Shown one piece after another: positions 37,607-49,653 of a stretch of DNA of 64,000 nucleotides (positions are counted from its first letter, which is position 1; every line of letters begins with the position of its first letter). The DNA comes from Moniliella sp. 'wahieum' (Eukaryota). The DNA lies in assembly GCA_003971905.1 (NCBI GenBank), contig RSEE01000008.1, positions 372,001-436,000 on the forward strand. The letters run 5' to 3'. The notes below the pieces were generated by a model, which worked only from the letters and a program-made list of their open reading frames with translations, did not search any database and was not told where the DNA came from. The position numbers and the translations under genes are program-made.

Positions 37607-39065
37607 ATGGGCTCGAAGGACTCGCACGACAAAAGCGCAAGGCGCGCAGCAGCGACGCCTCCAAGCCCAAGCCTAAGCGTACGAAGTCGGCTGAATCGGG
37701 GGCCACTGAAGCCTTGATTAAGGTGGATGATCGTCCGGAAACGGGGCCCGTCTTGGTCAGTTGCCCCGACTTGATGTGCCGACTGAGATTCCCTTTACGC
37801 TCTACACCGCCCCTCCTCTCGAGGAGGAGGGTATGGGGGATGATCATGACCAGAACTTGCTTGTGGGTGAGGACGACGTAATGCGTTACGTGTCAAACAA
37901 CGGCGATTGGTCCACCTTTGCGGAGGAGGAGCGCGGCATGGGCCGCGTCCGTGAGTATGATGGCGAGTACATGTTGGGCGTGTACGACCCGGATGAAAAG
38001 ACGGTAACTCTTCGTCGGGCACCGCTCTTGTCTATCCGACGCACCGTGCGTGCCCACGCGGACCTCAACTCCATGGCAACGGGGGTCGAACGACTATGCG
38101 GCTCGGCAGCTGCAGCGGAGGCACCTTGGCGATCTATTTGGTAATCGCAAGATGAAGGCGAAGGCATCCAATGCGGATCGGATGAAGGTTGAGGGCTCGT
38201 CGGAAAGCATGCAGCGGATTCTTACTCAAGTTTCTAGGGTATTCAATCTTCCAGCACCGAGAATGCCCAAGAGGCCAAGGCGACACACGGGGAAGAAGAG
38301 GCCGCCGCTCTCGCCGCAGGTGTACCCGCAGAGGTGCTACGTTACATCCCCATGCCCAATATGAAGGCCGAGCACCCAGAAGAGGTCTATCCCATCTCCA
38401 CATTGGTCCCGACTGACATCCTGCGCATTCTCAAAATCACCTGGATCGAGTCAGCTGAGACTGCGGCGATGTATCCAAATGCCTTCCCTTTCCTCGCCCG
38501 CCAAGAGCACCTACATGCCCGCTCGTGTTCTAGAGACGATCAAGGCGTACAAGACCAACACCTCAAGCCAACTGTTGGAGGATCGAGTTCGTCTGGCTTA
38601 CTTCGGGGCCTTGCTCTGGGGTCTACTCTTCTCTGAGCGGTTGCTCAACAACCGCAAAGCGCTTTCTCAGCGTCTCAAACTCAATGACCCCGCAGGTAGC
38701 TCCACGGTGCTGAATCATCTGTACCTCCACTTCACCGAATCTCAGCGCGGTACCAAGGAGCGGTACATTACCACCTTTATGAAGACCAAAATTCTGGCCC
38801 ACCTAGCCGCCATTTTGCTTCACCTTGACGCCTTTGCGGTCGACTGTGGCCGGGTGTCGGCGGAATTGGAACTCACGCCAAAACGGTGCGTACCTAGGAC
38901 CTCCTGCTGCTGAACTATTACTGACGCTATATCACCAGGTTGACCGACATCTTCCACTCCTTGGGATGCAAGCCGTCAATGGTCAAGTCTTCCACCGAAA
39001 ACCGGACGATCAACAAAAGAGTTCTCCGCTTGCCCTTGTCATGGCCAAAGGCCCGGGCTTTCTGA
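37607..39065 (+). CDS. RPA49: RNA polymerase I subunit A49-like (PAF53)
   Basis: EYMLGVYDPDEKTVTLRRAPL, LGDLFGNRKMK, PMPNMKAEHPEEVYPISTLVP, KILAHLAAILLHLD, (intron ~38886-38938) LTDIFHSLGCK, VLRLPLSWPK. Confidence 0.85.
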
Positions 39066-39325
39066 TTGCATTTGCGACCCACTCATTTCTGGCACGATAC
39101 ATTGGGCACATTTCCCTATGTACATGCATCAATGGCGTGTTTGCGTTTTATTGTAGACAAAATGGATTGCTTTAACGAGAGAAAAAGGGGAGAATCTGAG
39201 ATGTTGTTCGCTACGACCCAGCTGCAACAGACTCCGTTTTTGTATACAGTGCCCAACTCACGCTTCGGTCGGCCACTGAACATCCGTTACTCTATTACTA
39301 ATGAGTTGTGAGAAGGGAAAAAAGG

Positions 39326-39422
39326 TGCGGCCGCCGGGAATCGAACCCGAACCTTCAGCTGCCCCCTGTCAGTCGAGTAACCAACGTGGAAGGCTAAAAT
39401 TCTACCTTTAAACTACAGCCGC
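39326..39422 (-). tRNA. tRNA-Gly(TCC) with 26-nt intron (39361-39386)
   Basis: GCGGCTG acceptor stem pairing with CGGCCGC-A, D-arm TAGTTTAAAGGTAGAA, anticodon arm TTAGC-CT-TCC-A|intron|A-GCTGA, T-arm GGGTTCGATTCCC, downstream oligo-T terminator. Confidence 0.93.
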
Positions 39423-40386
39423 TTGTGTTCAACTTCTGAATGCTCCAGTGGTCTTTCTGATTGACTGGGCACAAACTGACACAAAAGAGCTGAGTGTGAG
39501 TCTGCATTGTACGCAAAACACTTTTCGCGTGTCAAATGCCAAAGCTCTACAAATGCTACAGTTAGTGTGGTATAGGGACTAGTATGCAGGTTGTTAATGG
39601 TGCGGGATTCAAATCGACAGTTCCATAACATCAGCAAAAAGAGGTGGAAGGCAAAGGGTCTTAGCTGGGTGGTGCCGGGGAGGTGGAAGTGCCTGATGAG
39701 ACCTGGAGTCATGTTGGTCCTTGTCACGGGGCGATGCGCAGCACAGCCACCGGAGATATTTCCGTTGGCGCCGCCGCTGCTTATCGTTCGCTCTTGGCTT
39801 CTAATCAGTTCGATCGCCGATGTTCCGCGCGTGCAGATCGGCGGGAGCCATCAGCCACGTGGTCTCCAACAGACCACAGTCAGGCCGCTTGCCTATTGTA
39901 CGACTTGCGGGCCTTTGCCTGCCTATATAAAGACCCGCTCTGTACTAAGAATGCATGGAGGCAAGCGACCAATCGTCTTGTCCTACGTCACCCTCAGCGC
40001 CGCCTTCTCCAGGACTCAGCTTAGGAACGCTATCGCTAGGAAGGCAGAGGGGAGGACGCCTCTTGGGTACGAAGCTCGTGCTTCGGGCCTACGACTGGTC
40101 CCCTTGCCTGACGAGCCAGAGGGCAGGCTCCCCTTTGTGCCCCGTCGGGCGAGGTTGTCATCGCCCGGGAGGCCACACCGTTACAGTCCTGTAGGGTGAT
40201 ACGATTGCACTGATGGTGGTGGGGGCCGGAGCCAACCAACGGCGGCCACAGGGACATCAACCGGCCGGCGACATTGAATCTGGCTGCGGATCAAGAGAAG
40301 CAGGAAAACATCGGAGCTCCTAGGCTTGAAGAGGGGCTGAATGGACCTTGGCCAAATGCACAAGACACCTCGTGGCTCAAAAGTGC

Positions 40387-41451
40387 CTAGAACGTGTGAG
40401 AGCGGGCAACGTTACCAATCTTACTCTTCCAGGTACGGGCTCCCTCGAACCCGTTCTGACCCATGGAAAAGTCAATGAGCGTCTGTTGCACCTCTTGCCT
40501 CGAGGTAAGAACAAACGGTCCATACTGGTATACATCTTGATCCAACGGATTGCCCGCAATGAGAGCAAACGTTGCATCCTCGTCTCCCCTGCATGGGTGA
40601 GCCACACTCCATTTTCTTGCTTGGATCGATCCATTGCAATCGCATCGCGCTCCGATTCGATCTGTGCCTTGTTGGTAAGAACGAGGGTGTGATAAGGCTG
40701 ATACAGGTTGTCCTTAGTTGGCTCGCCCACGTAGATACTGGCCCCAGGCAGCGAATAAATGAAAGCATTCCATCCCGTTGGCAGCGGTTGGAACACCTTA
40801 CCGCCTGGCTTGAGCGTAATGAGGAAGTACCAGCACTGACCCTTGTCCGCACTGCGGACAGGGGAGATAACACCATGCGAGGCACCGGCGATAACCTTAA
40901 TGTCCCATCCGTTCCCTTCGCGCTCCGGGGTTTCAACCTCGGCAGGGCGGGGAAAGGCATGGGGAATGTCTTCATTGCTAATTTCTTGGTAATTAGGCTC
41001 AGAGTATTTGAGCTCGGCAGGCAGGTCGATCCACAACTGCAAACCCTGAGGTTCTTGATCAATGGGCTCGCCCGTCTTTGGATCTTCAAACAAGGGCATC
41101 TCAGCGTGCACCAGGCCCTTTCCAGCTGTCATCCACCATCGCCCCAGGGCCAAAGCGTGCCATAGTGACCCTGGGAGTCTTCGTGTTGGGCAGAGCCTTG
41201 AGGAGGAGGGTGACAGTTGTCATGCCGCGGTGCGGGTGGTCGGGGAAACCGCTGCCCTTTCGGATGCTGAAATGGTCAAGCATCAAGAACGGAGACAGGT
41301 TGCGCAACTGCGGGTGCCAATCGAGCGGCGTACTGTGACTCCATCTCTTCGGGGGTGGCCACCACTCTTGATGGCACGGGCAACGCTGCGGGTGATGGCT
41401 GATCGGGTAGCTTGGCATCAGCAGCTCATCGGGGTGGTCCATTGTTGACAT
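40387..41451 (-). CDS. Pirin-like cupin protein (start may extend to ~41576)
   Basis: LSPFLMLDHF..GFPDHPHRGMTTVT, WMTAGKGLVHAEMP, GLQLWIDLP, QYGPFVLT..DFSMGQNGFEGARTWKSKIG. Confidence 0.93.
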
Positions 41452-41760
41452 TGTGCGAGTGGGTTGGGAGCGGTGCGTAGCGGAGGTGGAAAGGTACCGG
41501 CGAAGGAGTTGAGGGAACGGAAGACGTGAAGGGAGGCTGGAGGTGGCCCTGAGAGGCGGGAGGGTTTAAATACCATGGCGGTGCTTACATAGGGTGCGCA
41601 TGGGGGCAGTAGGCTTGGGAAGCATGCGCTTATGAATGGCTTATGCCCGAGCCAAGCTGCCGGTTCGCACTCGGGACGCTTTTGGGGCAACGCAGGGCAA
41701 CGCCCCCGTGCGGCGTCACAGCATCACCGCTCCCTGTCCGGTGACCTCGCCAGTCACTAG

Positions 41761-42198
41761 TCACTGCGCCACTAGGTCATCGGCGAAGTCACCGGTCGTC
41801 CACTGTGCATCCCGTTCCGGTTCTACTTGGTCCGGCCCCGACGCCACCCCCTCCAGGCAGGATGCAGCAGGGGCCAGCCTTGCTTCCGCTGCCTTCCAGC
41901 GTTCCACCCTCTCTTCTCGTGCGTTCGTCTCCGTTCGACTACGTCCAACGTTGCGGCCTGAGGCGCAATGCTCAACGTTCTCGCTTCCACGGGGTAAGTG
42001 CGCGTCTACCGGTATCGTTGCTCTGTCGCATCCATCGGCGAAGAGGGGTGCTTTGTTACGTGCAGCGAGCATACGGAGCAGGCCCGGCTTTTGCCGTTCA
42101 TAACGGGGTTTTGGCTCCAGTCCTGCGAGCATGCCCTCATCGATCTCATCGGTATCCACGAAGGAAGAGGGGATTGCCCCCCCCAGTGCCGTCGCCAT
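41761..42198 (-). CDS. Hypothetical 145-aa protein
   Basis: ATG-initiated uninterrupted ORF preceded by a pyrimidine-rich leader; natural-looking charged composition; no recognised domain. Confidence 0.4.
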   Translation of the reverse strand: MATALGGAIPSSFVDTDEIDEGMLAGLEPKPRYERQKPGLLRMLAARNKAPLFADGCDRATIPVDAHLPRGSENVEHCASGRNVGRSRTETNAREERVERWKAAEARLAPAASCLEGVASGPDQVEPERDAQWTTGDFADDLVAQ

Positions 42199-43063
42199 GA
42201 TTGCAAGGGAGTTGGAAGAAGCAGGCGAGAAGACATGGACTCCTTGCGTTAGACATCGCTACAAAAACGTGGCGTGAACGTTGAACGTTGAGTAGTGGAA
42301 CGTGTTGAGCCTAGTAGGGCATGTAAGCGAGTGCAGACGCATTCGTGTTGAATGCGACCCTAACGTAACGGGAGTGCCACCAAACCCAAGCGCCCTCTGC
42401 GTCCGCGCCACCAGGCGAGGTCCGCTTGCTGTCCGCCCCCAAACACCATTGCCCATCACGGCCGGGAGGACGAGTATGACTACCTCAACGACTCTTTCGA
42501 AGCACGCAGCGTCTCTCACCAGTCCGTCTCTCATTATCCCACGCGCCCGCACCATATCCTTCTGCGCCACGATCCTTCCGCAGCGGCGTGCGCATATAGC
42601 CCAGCTACAGCCGGTTCCTGCAGTGGACAGAAAAGCGGGCACCTGGGTGTATCGGCATTCGAGGCAACAATCTTTTGTTTTCAACAGCTGATGAGAAAGA
42701 GGGAAAGTGTGTTTGCTGTGCTACTACTACCCCCCGCACTGTTAATGTCTGTGAAGAATTGTAACTTGTTGACGTGGGGATTATGCAGCGCTTCCTATAA
42801 CGTTTCCAAATGCGCCCAACCTTCCCCTATGCGGCAATAGTTTCATATAGTGTCCAATGTAGGTGGCTTCCAGTAGAAGCAGAAACAGGAAGAGAGACAG
42901 GATGCTGTCTGACGATAGAAAAAGTGAATTAGGACCACAATAACACAAGTGTCCCGCGGAGGGTTCCGCATCCAACGGCCTGAGACCTGAAGGAGAGCCA
43001 GGGCGACAAAAGAAAGTTTTGAGATGCACGGTAACAGACGACGATCGGCAATTTAAAGCCCAC

Positions 43064-44321
43064 TTAAAGCAGCAACGAGATGCCCAAGCCTGTCACAGCG
43101 ACAGCCACCACCGCTGTTCCGGCACGGACGATGCTAGCTGGGCTTTTGTGACTCTGGTTGCTCGAGCCCGATGAGCCCGATGAGCTCGACGAGCCCGCTG
43201 ACTTGACAAAGGCACGCACATCGTTTACCGCCCAGTATGCCTCCGAATAAGACGATCCGTTAAGCCCCACCTGGGACGGACACGAGGGGAAGTACTTGTT
43301 GCAACCAGAGATGTCATACGTGTTGGCTGCCCAGTCACCACACAGCGTCATAGTAAAGACAAGCGACATGTTGGAGAATTGGGATGAGCACGATGCGACA
43401 GGGAAGTCCGCTCCCGGCCGCCCCCAAGTCGAGGTATCGACGGTCTGGGAACCGGACTTGAGGTTGCTAGGTACCTGACTGTGCGGGAAGTACCAGACAC
43501 GAATACCAGAGCCCCCCGAGCTCAGGTCGCGCTCCATAGCGAACAATCCGCCTTGGGCTTGGTTCAGTGCCGGACCTGGTGGGAACGACGGTCTTGTCGC
43601 CCAGCACCGTCGTCTGGTTCATCTCGATACGGCAGCCTTCGTTGCCCGCAGCGTAGTTCACAGTGCAATTGTTGAGGGTCGTAATGCCAGTCTGATTCTG
43701 CTGGGTGGTAGGAAAGGTGCATTCGCCCCCAGTGTGGAGGGAAACGAGGTTGCCATTGAACTGGCCGCCGGTTTGGCCCGCATTAGGCACATTGGCATTC
43801 TCGAAAATGTCAATCTCCCCGCCTTGGGGGTAGTTTGGGTGTCGGGCGGGACCATCCAGAAGGAAGGCCAGACGGAGCAGCCGGTGGGGACATGGGTGGC
43901 ATTAAGGACAAATACACCATCTCCATAGGTCTGGTTGGAAGTGATGCGCACCGATGGACGGCCTCAGGCTGCACCTCGGTGGTATCCACGCGCATAATAA
44001 ATTGTCCATCGTTTTGGACATAGGTCAAGTTGGAGGCGATCGCGGTCGCCTTGGGCACATACTTTACCAGACCATGAGTCGAATCTGGGGAAGGCGGAGG
44101 GAAAAGAAAGGTGGAGTCAGCAAGGGGTGATGGACGGGTAGCATGCTGTTAGGAAGAAAGGGGGACCCACCAGACTGGTTGGTGATGTAGTCGCCCCAGT
44201 AGCGGAACTTGTTCTCAAAGTCCGAGCCGGTGTAGGTGTCCTGTAGGCCCCACTTGGCGGCGGACACGAGGGGGGCGAGCACAGCTGCACCGGCGGCAGC
44301 AGCAACAAAGGAGGAGCGCAT
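43064..44321 (-). CDS. GH16 fungal laminarinase-like beta-glucanase, signal peptide and probable GPI anchor
   Basis: MRSSFVAAAAGAAVLAPLVSA signal; HVPTGCSVWPSFW; catalytic GEIDIFE (~43800-43820); IRVWYFP; TLCGDWA; EAYWAVN; Ser-rich linker and hydrophobic C-terminus. Confidence 0.92.
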
Positions 44322-46906
44322 GCGGGGCAAAAGAGTTGGTGGTGGGTGGGAAGCAGACGCGTGCGCAGCTGGCCGGATGGGCTTCTTTTAATGGGGCTAC
44401 ATACTGCGCGGCGCTGCCGATCAGCGGCGGGGATGCAGGATGCCGGTCGGCCGCTGAGCCGGGCGGCCGCTGAGCTCAGCAAACACTGCCCGACTGGGGG
44501 GCGCACCAGACAGGCCCCGAGGGGTGGTGCATGCTGTGACGTTGTGGCATGCAATGGGCTGGTGCTGGGGGGGGCGGCAGCCGGCTGCCACACTAGCATG
44601 CACTGGCATGTACTCAGTAACTCGGTACTCACAACTGACATGTCACAGCAACGCCTAATGCTTGCAGGATGCATGGTGGGCAATATGCAATCCTCATCAT
44701 CGACATCATCGACATCATCGATCATCTGAACAGCGACCAGCGATCATCGATCAGATCGATCACCAGGATTACCCAGGTTGGGAGTCCTCACCAAATCAAC
44801 CAGTCAAGCTAGTCACCAGAAACGGGCAACGAGTAACGTTTAACGTTTAACGACTATCGATTAGGGTCGAGTAAATGACACAGAATCGCACGCACCGCTA
44901 GGGTACACGAACCACACGGCAACGCCTGTCGAACGCCGGGAGATGGAGCAGCATCGACTATTGAAGCAAGGGGAAAACGACAACAACGCCAAGTATACCA
45001 TCAGCCACGCACTCATCAGGAACCGTTCCTCCTGTCGTAGTGCATAATGTTGAGATCAATAAACGCACGCGGGCAAACTAGGCCGCCATGACGCCAAGAA
45101 GATGTTTGAGCTCTGGACGAAATTATATTGAGGGTACCGAGTACCGAGCAATGAAGCCTGAAGCGAAGCTTGAAGCTTAAAGCTTGAAGGCCGAGGGGTC
45201 TTCGCATCATCCATTACATCACGCCTCACCTGGCCACCCTCATCCACTCGCGCATTTTCGGTTTGGAAGCGATTGGGGGTAGCCGGTAGCCAGAGGGACT
45301 TATTGGCCTGTTAGCGAGACGCCATTGGTTTCCCAATAGGGTTATTGGCGCGTTGGCGCAAGCTAGCAACACATCCTGGATTGTAGCGTTTCTTAGTCCC
45401 TTCTGCCTTGCAAATGATATTGGATCTACCCTTCCCACAATCGGATGTAGCGCGACCCCGGAGACACGAATGTGCATCAGTGTGTGTGCCAGCCCAGTCA
45501 CTAGTCAGCCCTGTAACTTGTTTTCGAGTTGCCCTCACAAGTATAGCTCGCGGCATACCCCGTCCTCTGTCGCATTCATCGTGCTCGGAACAGTGGATCA
45601 TGAGACGGTGGGCGATACAACGGTGACATGGTGGTTACGTGGTTACCCTGACCTCAGTGTGGCCATGAGCCTTGTCGTCAACTAGTGCTATAGAACACGT
45701 CACACGTGGCATCGCGCGTGTGGTAAGGAACTGTAGCCAACTTGCAGTCTGTCTAAGGCCTACTGTGCCTCCCCTAAAAGGTGCTCTAAGTGGATACAGA
45801 AACGAGTGACAATCGCAAGGTGCTGGTAGGCATACTTTGAAAAGCTTGAAGAGCTTGAAGAGCTTCAAGCTCCACGACGGTTTCGCAACAAACGGGGTCC
45901 CCAAATGGGACCCAATTAGTCCATGCTTGACGTCGATCGGGAGTTTTGCCTAGACCACGACACCACCAGCCGTAATCATGCTTAGGTGTTGGGGTTCATG
46001 CGACGCTTGCCGTTGGGAGCCAGAGTGGCGTTCACAAAGCTACAATCCAGTCAGAATGGGTCCAACACAAACGAGAAGCGCAAAAAGGGAATGATACGCA
46101 CCGGCGCGTGTAAAGCAGGCGCTTCTTAGCGCGGCCCTTGGGCAGCTTCTTCTTCTCTTGAGGCTCAACCTTGGGAGTCTGGCCCTTGACCTTACCGGCA
46201 CGCGCGAGGGAACCGTGAACCTTACCCCTGTTTTAAGATAGGTCAGTATACCGCTATTCGAAAGCCAAAGGAGGGTGGGAGCAGGGGGAATGGTGCAGGC
46301 GGCAATCCCAAGTTGCAGCCACGCAATTTCCAAAGGGAACAGCAAGCAACAAGGGTAGCTGCAACGCCAGACTCCCCGCCGGGGAGAGACGTACATGTTG
46401 ATGGACTTGCTAAGGCAATCTGGTGGTTAGTCAAAGCACTGTGGCAACTAGCTGAGCCGAGTCAAATACACGAGCAATAGGGTTTGGGCGTTTTTTTTCT
46501 GCAGAGCAAATGAGCTGCGGTAATAACCCTACTAATTTACGCCATCGCGTCTTGGATCATCGATCACGACCACTTCGGAAATCGCTGATTTCCGCTGTCG
46601 ACTGCTGATTTAAAGTACCTGTGCGGACCCAAACTACCGAACCTATTTGCGAGCTCTTCAGTTTCTGTCCATCTGCAGGCAACCGCGCTTGACCTGTATC
46701 TTGTGCACGTGAGCTCAGACGGGACGTTGCCTACTATCTATATATCACACAGGATAATCCTGTTGGTCCGGTTTGACAAAAAAAGTACAGTCCGTAGGCC
46801 ATTTGGCCAGAGGCGGGGCGGGGGGGGGGGAGGATGTCGGGAAGAGAAGTAAACGAAAGGAAGAGAACATGCCCAGGAAACGTTATTTGTCGTCTAATGC
46901 ACACGA

Positions 46907-49428
46907 TCACAATGCGTCGAAATTGATCGCGTACACAATCTTCTTTCGTTCCCGTTCGTCCTCCCGCTGCAAAAACGTCAGTATGATTGGAAACAAAGTG
47001 GGAGAAAGAGGGACTCGCCTTCTCATGGTAGTGCAACAGTAGCACAATCCCCGCTAGGATCAAGAGGAAAACGCCGAGAACAATGGTGACCCATGCAATC
47101 CAGTCACCAGGTCGGAGGTACATTTCCTTGCCCCAGGTGATAGGGGACGGGTGGTGACCGTTGGCGGCTGCCACGGATTGATAAACACAAGCGAGTTGGG
47201 AATGACACCCTCCATCGACATTATCAAGCTTGCCTCCTCGGCTGCCTCGCGCTCCTGCGTCTTGCGATCCCGCGCCCATAGGTCATTGGCTGAGAATGCA
47301 ATCTGCCGTGCCTCTCGTGAGGTAATAGTCGAGTTGTCCACCACCGGGTGAGCCTTCACGGAGTGAATCTGTTTCGCCTCTTTTTCGTGGAGGCGACGAG
47401 ATGAGCCCATCTGGATCAGCTCCACATAATTGTTTGTTCGCCCCAGGCCGAGGTAGGTGTTGGGATGAACCAGCGAGCCGTAGCCGGTATGTGAGTACTG
47501 TGTGGCAGCCTGCGCCCGACGAACTCCATTGGTGTCGAGCACAGTGAACTTGTACGAAGCCCCGGCGTAGTTGACCCCCATGGCTTGAAGGGTAAGATGG
47601 ACTTGTTGCTTGGCTCGCACTCTCCATCACAGGCACCGTTGAGCATGGAAAGTTAAGGAAAAAGGAGTCAAAGAATAAGTTGTTCTGGACAAATGTGGGC
47701 CCCGGCGCACGATAGGAGGGCGGGAGGGTCCTTGATCCAATACTTCGACCGTTTGGAGCATATATCCAGCGTCCCGTCCTCGTCCAAATCCACGAAACTG
47801 ACCCCAACAACATTGGTGATCGTATCCAAGAGCTCCGACTGAGGGGCTTTGATAAACGTTCGCTCCTCTTTCCAGTCGTCGCCGCCTCCGCGGCCAGGGC
47901 CACAGCCAGCCACGCCGAGCCCAGCCTGGCCACACGCCACATTCTCCAACAGCACCGCCACACTGCCACCTTGGAACGCCTTGGTTGCCGTGACAAGGAG
48001 GTCAGGGTAGCCGTCCTTGTTGTAGTCCCCCACGCTGAAAGAAATGATGGGAGGCTGGGGAGTACACTCGTATCACTCAACAGAAGCATCCACCCCGGCC
48101 CCAGAATTTGAGAGACGGGGATCCTCCGGTCCCTTCGATTACCGGTGCCACCATTGCGGTGGGTAAGGCGGTCCAGGTCCAACGCGAAATGAGGGTCAGG
48201 TAGACAGAGTCGCTGAGGATCACGACACTTCACCTCCTCTTCCCCCGAGTCAGATGCTTCCGTATCACCCCAGGGAGGCCAAGTACGCCAGTTCCAGGAC
48301 CAATTCCAGGGCCATTCCCAGTGCTGATCGGCAAGAGTACAAAGTCCCACCTGCCGGTTGTAGACAATGTTGATGTAGCAATCCTTCTCGTCACAATTTC
48401 CAAATACCAGGTCGATCGTCCCGTCGCGGTTGAGATCAGAAAAACTCACCATCCCACTTCCAGGAGGCAAGTCGCCTGTCCGACTCAGTTGGAAATACGC
48501 CGTCTCATTCTCGACCGGAACCGAGGTACGAAGTGCGGTCCAGATCTCGTAGCTTGGGGCCGTAAATTGTTTCCCGACGCAAGTAAGGAACAGATCTGCA
48601 CAGCAATGTTAGGCACCCGTACGGATCACTAGGCATCAAAACGTACCAGCGACACAATCACCATTCAGGTCCACAAACGAGGACGAGTGAGGCGAGGTAA
48701 GCTGGCATCGGGACTTGGTCGGATGGCCATCCTGGTCGAGAAGAATAATTTTGTCCGCAACGAAGGCAGGATGGGTAGCGTTGGCGCTCTTTCTTCCCTC
48801 CATTTGATTCGGAAGAGCGTAAGAGGAGTATTGAAGCCCGGTGTGTGTCCCAGGAAGTCCATGGTCAAGTCCCCTGTGGCGTCAACGAGCACAGGATGGG
48901 CCAAGTTGGTCGACGGCAACTCAATTGGGGTTGGGTCAAATCCACCAGTCTCTCGTCCAATAAAGAGATGAAGGTTCAGAGTGTCTACCAACCCGTCTTT
49001 CGAGGGGGCCGACATGAGCACCAGTCCAGCACCCCATCGTGATTCACATCAGTCGGGACTGCGTTCTGGATCACACCTTTGCCAGGGAGGTTGAGTGTGG
49101 TGTACACAGTTGGCACGCCTTGGGGTGGTTCAAAGGCAAACCTGGCATGGTTCCACCTCCGCACTGATACGGCTGTGCCAGTGTCGTCCAGCAAAAACGC
49201 ATCGGTGAACTGGTCGCCATCCTCGTCACCCCAGGCGAGAATGCGGCCATCGTTGAGGCCCAGATCGCCGGTGCGGATCAGCCCCTCGTACTTGAAGCGC
49301 TTGCGGTTGAAGAGCCCCGCCTGGACCGGCTCTGCGCCGACATTCAGAAGAAGGAGAGCAAGAAGTGGCGACAGCGACAGCGACAGCAGCGCCCGCGCGC
49401 ACCAGTCCAGCCCAGTGAGCCGAGCCAT
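46907..49428 (-). CDS. ITFG1/LINKIN-like FG-GAP-repeat single-pass membrane protein
   Basis: Signal peptide; AWGDEDGDQFTD, TDVNHDGVLD, SDLNRDGTID, GDYNKDGYPD, VDLDEDGTLD repeats; GVNYAGASYKFTV, LGLGRTNNYVE, VIPNS; TM helix then EK|REDERERKKIVYAINFDAL*. Confidence 0.92.
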
Positions 49429-49653
49429 TGGTGGGCGTTGTGGAGATGAGAGGCGCTGATTGGGTGCACTTGTGGCCCGGAGGCCGCCGCCACAACGACG
49501 CGCGTTGAACATTGAACGTACATTGAACGTTCAGGCCAACATTGAACGTTTGAACGCGCCCAGTTGCACCGACTGGGCGGTCTTTTTTTTTCGGGTGCCC
49601 TCGCCAGCCGCTCCCCACCTCCTTCTTTCTCCCACCCAATCTGCCTCACCACC

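Noticed and set aside
40195..40300. U1 snRNA (ATTGCAC and GATCAAGA motifs)
   Set aside because: Order is reversed and there is no ACTTACCTG 5' end or Sm site.
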